From a virus (lineage: Duplodnaviria > Caudoviricetes), in IMG/VR virus record IMGVR_UViG_3300048854_000060, positions 6,604-70,603 of that record: a stretch of 64,000 bases of DNA; one strand, given 5' to 3'. Positions 17,029 through 26,520 of the stretch are shown one piece after another. How positions within the stretch are numbered: the first letter of the stretch is position 1; every line of letters begins with the position of its first letter. The notes under the pieces are model-generated. The model did not search any database, had not been told where the DNA came from, and saw only the letters and a program-made list of their open reading frames with translations. A program made the position numbers and the translations under genes.

Positions 17029-18857
17029 TGGGCTGCGGCGGCGTTAGCTTGTACCGCCACGCGGGCGGCAGTGTTGTTAGTAACTGAGACTTGCACTTTG
17101 GCCGGCTGTTGACGTGCGAGAGCGCCGACTATCTTGTTCAGGTAGTCCTTGGTTTCGCGAGGCAAGCCTTCCTGCCAGTTGGAGCCGTTTTTAGCAATAT
17201 CGCGATCGAGATTGCCCGGCCCCCAGTTGTACGCCGCGAGGGCCTTGCTTACGTCGCCGCCATATTTCCGACTTAGATCGCCGAGATATTTGCCTGCGCC
17301 TGTAGCAGCCTGGCGCATATCGAATGGGTCTTTCACGCCGTATTGATCGGCAGTCGGCCCCATAAACTGGAATGCCCCCTTGGCGCCGGTCCGTTGATTG
17401 ACGGCGAGAGGATTCAATCCGCCACCGACTTTTCCGGTGCTTTCGACATTTCCGACCATTCCAAGCAAGCCGGGGGCCAGTTTGTTCTGCTTTTCGATGT
17501 CGGAGAAATAGGACGGAATTACGTTGCTCTTCGACTGTACCCATCCCCCCAGTTTGTCGACGGCATCGGGCTCAACCTTGCCCCATGCTTGATCTAGATC
17601 AGGTGTTTTTGGTGGCGTGTTGCTGGAGGGCGCACTAATCCCAAAAAACTTTGCTGCGGCGCGGATTTTTTCGGCTACCAGCCCGATCAGCCCAGCGAAA
17701 TCCCTCATGTCCTGCCTGAATTTCTCAGAGCCAAGATAGTTGGAAACTGTGCCAATTCCATCCGCGAGAGATTGAAGATTCTTCGGCGTGAAGACTTCCG
17801 TAATTAGTCTCTCCGCATCCTTGCCTATGACATCAACAAACTTTTGAAGGTCAGGCGCCAGTGCGACCAACTTGTTCTTCAGAGACGTCTCTATGGTGTT
17901 ACCAGCATCCTTGATCTGGCGCAGAAATCCATACCACGCGTCGGTGTCCTTGTCGCTTACATTGAAGCGCTTTTGATCCTGCTGATATTGCCCGTACGCC
18001 CGCTCCAACTCGCCGCGAGGCGTATTACCCTGCTGGCGAACCATGTCCAGCGAGAACCCCGACTGCGGCAGGCCGGTTGTTTGCAGATTTTCAGCGGTAC
18101 GCATCGAATCAGGCGTGTTCGCCCACCAGTCATGCGCCTTCAGGGCGAGTTGCGCGGCGAGTTGATCCGGTCCTTGCGTGCCAGTCTGCTCTTGCGAAAT
18201 ACCAAGCGCTCGAGCAAGCCAGGTCCGTCCGTTGAAACTGTTTTGAGCGTTCGCCACCGAACCCAATACAGAAGGGTCGATGTAGCGCCCAAAGTCCTGA
18301 TTGAACGCTGTGTACTGACCAGAATTAATACCCAACGCCCGCGCATTACCCTGCGTGTCGACTGCCGACGAAGCGAGTTCGCGCAATCCCAACCCACCGA
18401 GTATGCCGCCCAACCCTGCGATCCCTCCAGCCAGGGCGCCCAACTTCAGTAGATGCTTGCCGATACCGAAAACGGAATCTGATACCTTCTTGCTATCCTT
18501 TGCCATTTTCGAGAAGGACCGGGCGCCCCGGTCAGCCTCGTCAGCAAATGACTTTTGTGCCTTTGTGCCCTTTGTTACGTTCGCGAGCAAATCGGCATTT
18601 GCTTTTGATGATGCGCGGATTTCCTTGACAATAACATTAGCCTGATACGCAGCGAGGGTAGCGGCGTCGACGTTTTTATCTGAAAGGTCGAGCAACTTCT
18701 CCATTGCTTCGCCAGCATCGTCGATGGCTGCATTGGTATCGCTCCACGAACTGGAGCTTTCCTCAATCTTGGCCTCGTACTGTTTGTAGAGGTCATAGAA
18801 GGCCTGGAAATTGCCTTCCGGATCGATGTCTACCTGAATGACGCTCTTTGCGGTCAT
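17025..18857 (-). CDS. Tape measure protein with lytic transglycosylase (SLT) domain
   Basis: Helical N-part; VES, GAKGAFQFM..TA and ALAAYNWGPGN GH23 motifs. Confidence 0.9.
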   Translation of the reverse strand: MTAKSVIQVDIDPEGNFQAFYDLYKQYEAKIEESSSSWSDTNAAIDDAGEAMEKLLDLSDKNVDAATLAAYQANVIVKEIRASSKANADLLANVTKGTKAQKSFADEADRGARSFSKMAKDSKKVSDSVFGIGKHLLKLGALAGGIAGLGGILGGLGLRELASSAVDTQGNARALGINSGQYTAFNQDFGRYIDPSVLGSVANAQNSFNGRTWLARALGISQEQTGTQGPDQLAAQLALKAHDWWANTPDSMRTAENLQTTGLPQSGFSLDMVRQQGNTPRGELERAYGQYQQDQKRFNVSDKDTDAWYGFLRQIKDAGNTIETSLKNKLVALAPDLQKFVDVIGKDAERLITEVFTPKNLQSLADGIGTVSNYLGSEKFRQDMRDFAGLIGLVAEKIRAAAKFFGISAPSSNTPPKTPDLDQAWGKVEPDAVDKLGGWVQSKSNVIPSYFSDIEKQNKLAPGLLGMVGNVESTGKVGGGLNPLAVNQRTGAKGAFQFMGPTADQYGVKDPFDMRQAATGAGKYLGDLSRKYGGDVSKALAAYNWGPGNLDRDIAKNGSNWQEGLPRETKDYLNKIVGALARQQPAKVQVSVTNNTAARVAVQANAAAAQ

Positions 18858-19152
18858 GCTGGTCCTCGCAACGCCTCTAGCAGGTATCTTTCCCGATATT
18901 CGCGGGGAGATTCGAAGTTGAAGTTATGCCGCTCGGCCAACTCGGCGAACCCCTCGGCACTGGCAAAATTCAGGACGGAATCGACGATGGTTTGACGGTT
19001 GTAGCGGCGACTGCCGTCGAGTTCGGCAAGGAAGCGGCGAACTCCGTAAGCGCTAAGGATGTAATCGACGAGTTCAGCAGGGAAGCCGTCACTTGCGAAA
19101 TTATCTGACGATCTGCCTTCCGCGCCATTGCAACATGGCAGGAGAAAAAAAC
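18854..19152 (-). other. -1 frameshift extension (G-T) of tail assembly chaperone
   Basis: T TTT TTC heptamer at 19150-19144; -1 frame stays open to TGA 18854, which overlaps the tape measure ATG. Confidence 0.75.
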
Positions 19153-19614
19153 GATGGACGCTTCCACCTCCTGCCAGTCTTCCAGATCAATCTTGCCGCT
19201 GTTGATTGCAGAATCCACCGGCAGGTATTCCCATCCGTTGGGGCCTGGGCACAGAATGGTTGTCAGTCGCTTGATTTCAGCGAAGAATGCCCGTGTTGCG
19301 TCGTCCTTTGGTTGACCGTTGTCATCGAAATCTCCCCGGCTTTCTGCATCACGCAAGCCCTCGTCGCGCATCGTCAGCGCCGCAATACGCGGGCCGGCCG
19401 ACATCAGATAATGCTTCCCCTTCGCCGCCATTGCCGACTTCGTTGCCGCAAGGACGCGGTAGTTCGCGTCAAAGACCGCCCTGGAAATGGTAGTGTGAAA
19501 CGCATACATGCGCACCACATCTTCTGAGACATCCTTGCCGTCGACTTTCGTGGTGACACGCTCAGTCGCGACCGGAATAACGAGATTCCGGTTTTCGTCG
19601 ATTTTCATGCCCAA
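18970..19614 (-). CDS. Tail assembly chaperone (G)
   Basis: Located between tube and tape measure genes. Confidence 0.75.
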   Translation of the reverse strand: MGMKIDENRNLVIPVATERVTTKVDGKDVSEDVVRMYAFHTTISRAVFDANYRVLAATKSAMAAKGKHYLMSAGPRIAALTMRDEGLRDAESRGDFDDNGQPKDDATRAFFAEIKRLTTILCPGPNGWEYLPVDSAINSGKIDLEDWQEVEASIVFFSCHVAMARKADRQIISQVTASLLNSSITSLALTEFAASLPNSTAVAATTVKPSSIPS

Positions 19615-19641
19615 TCCTTCATTGAGATTCCCTTATGAGGA

Positions 19642-19694
19642 GCTGCGGCAGTCGGTAAGGGGCCGACGTTCGGATCGCGTATCCTAGCCGCAGC
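19642..19694 (-). ncRNA. Candidate three-way-junction RNA element
   Basis: 8-bp closing stem GCTGCGGC/GCCGCAGC plus two inner hairpins. Confidence 0.5.
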
Positions 19695-19701
19695 AAACTG
19701 A

Positions 19702-20145
19702 TTAAAAAGCGTTCCACAGATCCGAGTTGACGTAGTACACGCCGCGGATAGTCACGGCGACAACCGGGTCAGTGCCATCGAACGCGCCGTTTCGGATCGT
19801 TCGCACGACGGCCTCTTCCAGCGTAATTGCCGGATAGACCGACGAGTCCGAGTGTGCAGTCACCGTGCCGAGAAAGCTGTTAGCTTGCACCTGCTGGAGC
19901 CACGTCGCAGACAGGGATTGCGATCGAAGCAGTCCCATCGTGATCGTTGCCATGACGAATGGTTCTGGCGAACGCACCGCTCCCGTGGCCGTCTCGATCT
20001 GCTCGACGAAGTTGCCTTCGAACTCGGCGTTAATCATCGACTTGCCGAGGTAGGGCGCAGTGGCATTCAGCGCCGTATTGCTCGGAACGATTAACGACGT
20101 CCGTACGCGGTTGATGACGCCTTGCTGAATTTTAGGATTTGGCAT
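19702..20145 (-). CDS. Tail tube protein
   Basis: 147 aa directly downstream of sheath. Confidence 0.8.
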   Translation of the reverse strand: MPNPKIQQGVINRVRTSLIVPSNTALNATAPYLGKSMINAEFEGNFVEQIETATGAVRSPEPFVMATITMGLLRSQSLSATWLQQVQANSFLGTVTAHSDSSVYPAITLEEAVVRTIRNGAFDGTDPVVAVTIRGVYYVNSDLWNAF

Positions 20146-20155
20146 TTAGCGCACC

Positions 20156-21481
20156 TTATGCGAACTGCACCGCGTCGATGAAGAAACCGATGGTCAGGAA
20201 TCCGTTCTGACCAACCGCAGTCGCCTGGAAGCCGTTGTAAATGCCGGCCTTATAGTCGTTCGGGTTCTGCGTGGTGTATGTGACAAAGTCGGTCGCCGTG
20301 ATCGTTATGCTCTGGGCACAACCGAAGGAGACCGCGCTGTTTGCGACGTTCTGCGCCACAGCAAGCAGCGTGTTGATGCCATGCTGGTTGTAGAGCAGAG
20401 GTGGATTCTGGTTCGAACCGTTAATGACCGCTGCGGCGAGGGCCTGTTTGACCTGGATCTGGAACCAGTCAATGCCATACCACCACGACGCCTGCGAGCC
20501 GTCCATCGTCGTACCCTTAAACAGGGTCGCCGTCGAAATACCGCCCTCGGCACCAGTCAGAATCAGATTGCCGAAGTTGGTCAGAACGGTGTTGATGCTT
20601 GCGCTATTTCCCACCGGCGACCATGGCGTGACGCCGAACGCGAAACGATACGACATCGGCGCAAGCTGATTTGCCGCGGCAGGCTTGTTGACCAGCCATT
20701 GATAGAACGGCATTGCAGCCTGGAACTCTTGCGATGCTGCAGTCGGGCTCGGAACAACCGCGAACACCGATTTCTGTGTGGCGTAGTTCGGCAGATCCGC
20801 TGTATTCGTCGTGACGAAGAAATACGTCTTTGCAGACGGATTCGCGTACTGCGATGCCATGAAGTTCAGCGCGGAAACGAGATTCGAGGCGCCTGCCGCA
20901 CCGGTACCGCCGCCACCCGAAAAAGTAACGCTCGGCGCTGCGGTGTAGCCTGAACCGGGGTTGGTGATCGTCACTGCGACCACCTGGCCGTTTTGTACAA
21001 CCGCAGTGCCCGTGGCAGTTGTGCCCGTAGTCGGTGCGGCAAATGTCACTGTCGGGGCGGACGTATATCCCGAGCCGCCAGCCGACAGGATGACGCTACC
21101 TACTTCATCCTTCGAGAAATCCCACGCAGCCGGGACCAGGTAGGCATAGAACACGTTGGGATTCTGGACAATCCATGCTTCCAGTAGCGCAATTTGCGCA
21201 TCAACGCCCGTGGCCGTGCCGAGTTCAAGTACGTAAGCGCCGACAGCCGAACCTTGAGCGAAGAATGACGTCCCCATGTGAATGAGTTCGGTCGCATTCC
21301 CTGCACCGGTCGCAAGGTCTTCAATGTCCGACAGTTGGCCACAGAATTGATAAGTGCCCGTCGTCAAGCCGGTGCCGCCGAGGGAGATGAGCGCGCCGCT
21401 TTGCTGAAGTTGAGAGGGCGTCGGCGCCTCAGTAACGACGACGTTAAGATTAACGATCGTCGGGGTAATAGTGGTTGCCAT
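20156..21481 (-). CDS. Tail sheath protein (DUF3383-like)
   Basis: WYGIDW.QI, LLYNQ.GIN.L C-terminal sheath motifs. Confidence 0.85.
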   Translation of the reverse strand: MATTITPTIVNLNVVVTEAPTPSQLQQSGALISLGGTGLTTGTYQFCGQLSDIEDLATGAGNATELIHMGTSFFAQGSAVGAYVLELGTATGVDAQIALLEAWIVQNPNVFYAYLVPAAWDFSKDEVGSVILSAGGSGYTSAPTVTFAAPTTGTTATGTAVVQNGQVVAVTITNPGSGYTAAPSVTFSGGGGTGAAGASNLVSALNFMASQYANPSAKTYFFVTTNTADLPNYATQKSVFAVVPSPTAASQEFQAAMPFYQWLVNKPAAANQLAPMSYRFAFGVTPWSPVGNSASINTVLTNFGNLILTGAEGGISTATLFKGTTMDGSQASWWYGIDWFQIQVKQALAAAVINGSNQNPPLLYNQHGINTLLAVAQNVANSAVSFGCAQSITITATDFVTYTTQNPNDYKAGIYNGFQATAVGQNGFLTIGFFIDAVQFA

Positions 21482-21499
21482 TTAGGCGCGCTCCGGTTA

Positions 21500-21811
21500 T
21501 TAGATATACTCGACCGCGACGACACCGCCCGTGCCGGGATCGACGACGAGGCCGTTCGTGTAAGCCATGTCGAGCGAGACAACGCCAGCAGGCACCCACG
21601 GCGTGGCGCCAACCTGGAAGAGCGCCGTAGCGGTGACACCACCGGCCGTCGTGGCCGCGTCATAGACGCCGACAGCGCCACCGGTCGCGACCGTAATGAC
21701 TGAGAGTTTCAGCGCACGTCCTGCGCCAGTCTTGATGACTGTCTTTGTCGTGATGTTGAGCTTGGTTTTGGCGTTGCTGATAACCTGAACTGCGATTGGG
21801 CCTTGGGGCAT
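21500..21811 (-). CDS. Small virion structural protein
   Basis: Beta-rich 103 aa in morphogenesis operon. Confidence 0.55.
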   Translation of the reverse strand: MPQGPIAVQVISNAKTKLNITTKTVIKTGAGRALKLSVITVATGGAVGVYDAATTAGGVTATALFQVGATPWVPAGVVSLDMAYTNGLVVDPGTGGVVAVEYI

Positions 21812-21877
21812 TTTCGATTCCTGGAAAAGAAAAACCCCGCTCGCGGCGGGGTGGGATAGCTAGTCGGGCATGCCCCG

Positions 21878-22822
21878 CTAGGTGGTGATAGAACTGAATC
21901 CGGCAGAGAGAATCATGCGCCGGGCAATCGCATCAGCAGTTGACTGCAGATACCAGGCCTCGATGTCGATCGTCTTTTTCATGGCGATGACGTTGAGTTC
22001 TGACTGCGTGCGTTTTTGATCCTTGACCACAGGCGAATTGCGAAATCCAAACGCGTCGGTGTTGATCGAATACTCGATCAGCGACACCAGATACTGAATT
22101 GCCTGTTGATTTGTGAACCCATACAAGGTGAGTCGCACACGATCAAGCGCGAGTTGCGAGCTGGCCAGATCGTGCAGCGGTGACGCGCCAGTCCCGGGCT
22201 CGACTGTCCCGGGCCAATCATAGGCGGGGAACGTAGGCGCCTCGGTCATATTCGGCTCGATGTGAGCCGTAATGTATGGAGGGACAATATTCGCCGGCAC
22301 GACAAAGGATGGGTAGACCGGCGCGTAGCCGTTCTGGCTCAACCATACAGGAAGGCTGTTTGATACGATTGGTTCGACGGGCAAAGCGCCGGGGTTATCG
22401 ACGATCTGTGACGACAGGGCTGGGTAGACTGCATTCCCCAGGTAGTGATACAGATTGGCTTGCTGGTAAAACGACCCTCGAGCATTGAACGAGAAACGTA
22501 TATCGTCAAACGTGCCGATGAAAAGGTCGGTCGGCGCCGCGGCGTTGAAATCGTCTATCCTGCTGAGCGCCGTCAGAATGACGCGATTGACGGCGATCGT
22601 TTCGTCTTCGTTCTGTTGCTGGTCGGTTGAATAATGCAGCGAGCCTTGAACTGTAACGGTCTCCCCGGTGTTCACCCAGAACACATAGCCATCGACTGGG
22701 AGCACCGTCTGCGCATAGCGCGTGAATACGATGGTCTGGTTAAGCGATAGCGTGTTGACGCCTGCTGCCAGACTGCTCGCCAATTCCGACTGATTGCCTA
22801 GAGATTCTGCGATCGATGGCAT
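21878..22822 (-). CDS. Head-closure/tail-completion protein
   Basis: Synteny in neck region; two-domain size. Confidence 0.6.
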   Translation of the reverse strand: MPSIAESLGNQSELASSLAAGVNTLSLNQTIVFTRYAQTVLPVDGYVFWVNTGETVTVQGSLHYSTDQQQNEDETIAVNRVILTALSRIDDFNAAAPTDLFIGTFDDIRFSFNARGSFYQQANLYHYLGNAVYPALSSQIVDNPGALPVEPIVSNSLPVWLSQNGYAPVYPSFVVPANIVPPYITAHIEPNMTEAPTFPAYDWPGTVEPGTGASPLHDLASSQLALDRVRLTLYGFTNQQAIQYLVSLIEYSINTDAFGFRNSPVVKDQKRTQSELNVIAMKKTIDIEAWYLQSTADAIARRMILSAGFSSITT

Positions 22823-23409
22823 CAGGAAATCCAGGCAAGGAAATGAGCGCTATATGCGCCGGTGTCGATGAACGACTCACGTCGCGGGTTGCCTTTTGCG
22901 TATGGATGCTTCAATCGATGATTGACCCCATTGATTGCTGCCTGGGTAGGCACCCCATCAACGCCCATATGCTCAATGGCACCCGATGCCAGAAATTGCT
23001 TGAACATGGCGGTAACAGCTGACTCCGCCGAGGCAAAGGGATTCGATGCCGGCGCACCGCCCATCATCATGTTTTCCAGCGCGCCAGCAAGCGAGTTTTC
23101 TAACTCTTTGGCGATGTCAGGCAATCTGGCAAACGCGAACGTGTCCATCACGCCATATTTGGCTTCGAGAATCTCCGCTACCTGTCCGGTCGTTTGTGTG
23201 CCGCCAGTCGGCTTCGGCTTGACTGGCTTGTTGGCCTTCCCCTTGCGCGGCCTGGAGACCTTTTCAGTTTGCGCTTCGTTGGCGTACGGCACATCGATGA
23301 TGCCGAGATTTAACACAAGCCCGTGAGGTGCATTTCGCGCAAATACTTTGGGTGCAGCATAACTACCACCACCATCGGCTTGCGGTTTCGCGTAGTCTCT
23401 GGCAGCCAT
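22822..23409 (-). CDS. Neck/virion morphogenesis protein
   Basis: FIDTG motif, synteny. Confidence 0.6.
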   Translation of the reverse strand: MAARDYAKPQADGGGSYAAPKVFARNAPHGLVLNLGIIDVPYANEAQTEKVSRPRKGKANKPVKPKPTGGTQTTGQVAEILEAKYGVMDTFAFARLPDIAKELENSLAGALENMMMGGAPASNPFASAESAVTAMFKQFLASGAIEHMGVDGVPTQAAINGVNHRLKHPYAKGNPRRESFIDTGAYSAHFLAWIS

Positions 23410-23417
23410 GCTTTACC

Positions 23418-23921
23418 TCAAGAAATGCCCCACACAGCGCCCAAATCCTGCTGCATGCTCAGCCACTGGCGGCCGTAAGGGTCTTTGAGTGCCTGCAATT
23501 GGCCAAGGGTGAGGCCGCTCAAAAATTCAGGGGCGAGCAGGGATTCGGAAGTGGCCTGATCGGCCGATGATTGAATCGTTCCGCCAACGAATCCGGTCAG
23601 GTTCCACTGGGCCCGCAACGTCTGGAAGAATGTACCGCCAGGAACATCCGGGCACCAGTTGATAAGAAACGATGTCGCCAGGAGGTACACCGCAAAACAG
23701 TAATAGTCCTGCCCGATTGCATACAGCACGAGCAACGTCTTTTCTTCCGCATAACTCAACGCCCACGGGATGTAAGGACTGCCCGCTGGCAATGCGGAAG
23801 TTGGGATTCCCGCGATGGTCTGCAGGAATGTCGTCAGGTCGGCGACATTAGGCGCCCTCTGAGTTTGCCACGGGGCGAGCGCGCCCATGCCGGGTAGAGG
23901 AGGAAAGCAGGGCGTGCTCAT
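23418..23921 (-). CDS. Head-tail adaptor (DUF4054-like)
   Basis: C-terminal L..PYGRQW motif; synteny. Confidence 0.65.
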   Translation of the reverse strand: MSTPCFPPLPGMGALAPWQTQRAPNVADLTTFLQTIAGIPTSALPAGSPYIPWALSYAEEKTLLVLYAIGQDYYCFAVYLLATSFLINWCPDVPGGTFFQTLRAQWNLTGFVGGTIQSSADQATSESLLAPEFLSGLTLGQLQALKDPYGRQWLSMQQDLGAVWGIS

Positions 23922-23929
23922 AGGGGCTC

Positions 23930-24442
23930 TCAGTTACGACGGGGACGACCGCGGCGGCGTTCCTGCGGCTGGGGTTGATCTTCCCCAACGCTGATGACTT
24001 CATTGATAGTCTGGTCGACACCTTTTTGCTCGACTTCTTCGATTTCGACTGCGAATTCCGCGATCTTCGAATCAGTCTCCTGCGCGGCGCGGCGCAGAAG
24101 GTCATCGGCAGATGCAGCCGATTCCTTGCGGATCTCGCGCGCCTGATCGACCAGAGCGTCTTCGTTGTTGGCCATCCCTGTCACGAGCCGATCAAGCGGA
24201 ACGGGCTTGTCAAACTGATAGCATTGGCCGATGAATCCGCCGGTCGAATCGATTTCCGCGACGGAAATCAGGCCGTACATCTTGTGCTGGTTCACGATGC
24301 TCTCGTGATCTGCGCGAGAGCCTTCCGGGTACACATTCACCTGCTTTCCCGGCGGAATGTCGACCGAGATCGGACGCGATGTGCGCTCCACCCAGAAAAG
24401 GAACTGGAAGTTGTGCTTTGTAAGATTTGCAACGAATAGCAT
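23930..24442 (-). CDS. Capsid-associated hypothetical protein
   Basis: Follows major capsid gene; RRGRPR tail. Confidence 0.6.
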   Translation of the reverse strand: MLFVANLTKHNFQFLFWVERTSRPISVDIPPGKQVNVYPEGSRADHESIVNQHKMYGLISVAEIDSTGGFIGQCYQFDKPVPLDRLVTGMANNEDALVDQAREIRKESAASADDLLRRAAQETDSKIAEFAVEIEEVEQKGVDQTINEVISVGEDQPQPQERRRGRPRRN

Positions 24443-24538
24443 GACAATTTCCCTGTTGATTTATCCCTGTATGAAGGCCTGCGGAAACGTGACAGGGGGC
24501 ACGCTTGTCGATTGCGCAATCTATCCGCAGGTTGACCT

Positions 24539-25558
24539 TTAATAGCCGGCCGAGATCAGCGTGAGAGCTTCAGGACGGGTCGACCAACCCGACGTCGAAC
24601 GCAGTTCCGAGACAACATCTACAGCACCAGCGGGAAGCGGCGCGATGATTTCGGTCGGTGCGGCACGGTCCACCAACTGCAGGGCGCAAGCATCGAGTCC
24701 CGGGGTGAGTTCGGCGAAAGCGTTGGTGTTGATGCGGTGAACGCGGTTCTTCTTGACTTCCGGCATGGAGATGATGATCAGGTCCGTGCCACCCGCGCCC
24801 TTGCCTTGCAGCGTGTCGTCACACGTCCAGGAGATCTCATCCTTGTTGCGTTCAGCCAGGTTGTCGACCGTGCCGCGGATCGTTTCCGAACCTGCTCCTT
24901 GACGCTGGAATTGCGTCAACTGGACGATGCCGTAGTAGCTGATCGCCTGCATGATCCGCTGCGTGGTCAGGATCGTGAAGCGCGCCGGAACGCCAACGCT
25001 CATCGTGCGCGTCTTGATTGCGGCGATCTGCTGCGCGAGGAAAAACGCCAGCGACCCGTTGTCGTAGGACGAGATGGTCGTGTTGCCGTTCGGGTCCGCC
25101 GGCAGGTTCAATGCCGTTGCGCCGTTCGTGTTCAGCAGGCCTTCGCCGTTCGCCGGGTTTGCGCCATACAGCAGCAGATTGCGCTGTTGCTGGAACGTGC
25201 CCTGACGCATGGCGAGACGGTGCGCTTCGACGGTCGACGCACCGACGCGACCGAGTGCAGCCGTGTCGTGATGGTCATATTCCGCGCGCGAGCGGATCAT
25301 GTACGTCGGCGTGCTGATTTCGTTGTACACAACCGTGCAACTCGGGAGTTGGTTGGAAACGAACTGGCCTGTGTTGACCTGCGTGCGGACGTCGAGACGC
25401 TTGATGTAGACAGCAAGGTCGCCTTCGCCGAGACGAACGAGCGGATCACCGGTTGCGATCGTGTCGAACGCGCCCGACGCCTGCTGATACTGAAGAAGAA
25501 TTTCGGGGACCAGAAAGTGCGGATTTACCCGAATCTGTGCCGGTACGAGATTGGCCAT
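24539..25558 (-). CDS. Major capsid protein (DUF2184-like, HK97 fold)
   Basis: 339 aa; YG......GLLN motif; position after decoration protein. Confidence 0.85.
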   Translation of the reverse strand: MANLVPAQIRVNPHFLVPEILLQYQQASGAFDTIATGDPLVRLGEGDLAVYIKRLDVRTQVNTGQFVSNQLPSCTVVYNEISTPTYMIRSRAEYDHHDTAALGRVGASTVEAHRLAMRQGTFQQQRNLLLYGANPANGEGLLNTNGATALNLPADPNGNTTISSYDNGSLAFFLAQQIAAIKTRTMSVGVPARFTILTTQRIMQAISYYGIVQLTQFQRQGAGSETIRGTVDNLAERNKDEISWTCDDTLQGKGAGGTDLIIISMPEVKKNRVHRINTNAFAELTPGLDACALQLVDRAAPTEIIAPLPAGAVDVVSELRSTSGWSTRPEALTLISAGY

Positions 25559-25567
25559 GTTTTAACC

Positions 25568-26455
25568 TCAGATTTGAATGAGGGCCGTGTAACCGGAACG
25601 ATTCCAGGTTGCCGCGCCAGTGGTGGGATTGAAATTGACCGTCATGCTGTTGCCGGCATTGACGTCGAGAATCTTGACCGGCAATGCACCGGTGCCGTAG
25701 TTCAGCACCTGCGTACCCGCGATCGTCCCGATTGCGCCAGACGCAGCCGTCACCTGATAGCTGAAGTGCTGGTTGTCGGTGAATGCGGTAACGACCTGAT
25801 TGCCATTAACGAGCGATGCTCCGCCCGTGCCGCTATTGGTCGCACCACTGATGTTGATCAGGTCGCCCACGCCAGCCACCGGCGAAGCCGCTGCCATAAC
25901 CACTGCCACCGTCCACACACCGCCCGAGAACGTTGCTGTTTGCGACGTGATCGAGTACGTCGCGGTCGACGCGTCATACGGCTGCAGCACCTGGTTATTG
26001 AAGTCCCACGACACGTTTTGCGTGATCAGGTTGCCGTTCAGCGACACGAGCGACGGGTCCATTGCGACGGCGATGCGAGCGCCCGAGCCCATCCGGAAGA
26101 ACGGGACGGTCATGCCCGACGCGCCTGCAGTCGGAACCGGGCTTTGCGGCGAACCCGGCCATGCATATGCGTTGTTGAAAACCGAGAAGCCGGTAAGGTT
26201 GCCGACCGCGGTAGCGGCGACGATCGTGCCGCCTTGCGTGCGGTCGTAACCCGTCGACGGAGCAACGCTTTCCGAGATGGCCATGCCGCCCCAGACCGGG
26301 CCAGTCGCATTCGCCGAAAGCGTGCCGATAGCAAGCGCCCAGCGGGTTGCCGGGTCGTCCATATAAACGCCTTGGACATAACCAGCGCTTTGTACCGAAA
26401 ACGAGCCTGCGGCGTTCGTAGTCGCGTACGGGTAGAAAGGCGTATTCAATGCCAT
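25568..26455 (-). CDS. Head decoration/cement protein with inserted beta domain
   Basis: Between protease/scaffold and capsid genes. Confidence 0.7.
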   Translation of the reverse strand: MALNTPFYPYATTNAAGSFSVQSAGYVQGVYMDDPATRWALAIGTLSANATGPVWGGMAISESVAPSTGYDRTQGGTIVAATAVGNLTGFSVFNNAYAWPGSPQSPVPTAGASGMTVPFFRMGSGARIAVAMDPSLVSLNGNLITQNVSWDFNNQVLQPYDASTATYSITSQTATFSGGVWTVAVVMAAASPVAGVGDLINISGATNSGTGGASLVNGNQVVTAFTDNQHFSYQVTAASGAIGTIAGTQVLNYGTGALPVKILDVNAGNSMTVNFNPTTGAATWNRSGYTALIQI

Positions 26456-26520
26456 GATTTTCCTATCCAGAAATGAAAAAAGCCCGCTCAGTGGCGGGCC
26501 TCGTGATTGCGACTACTTGG

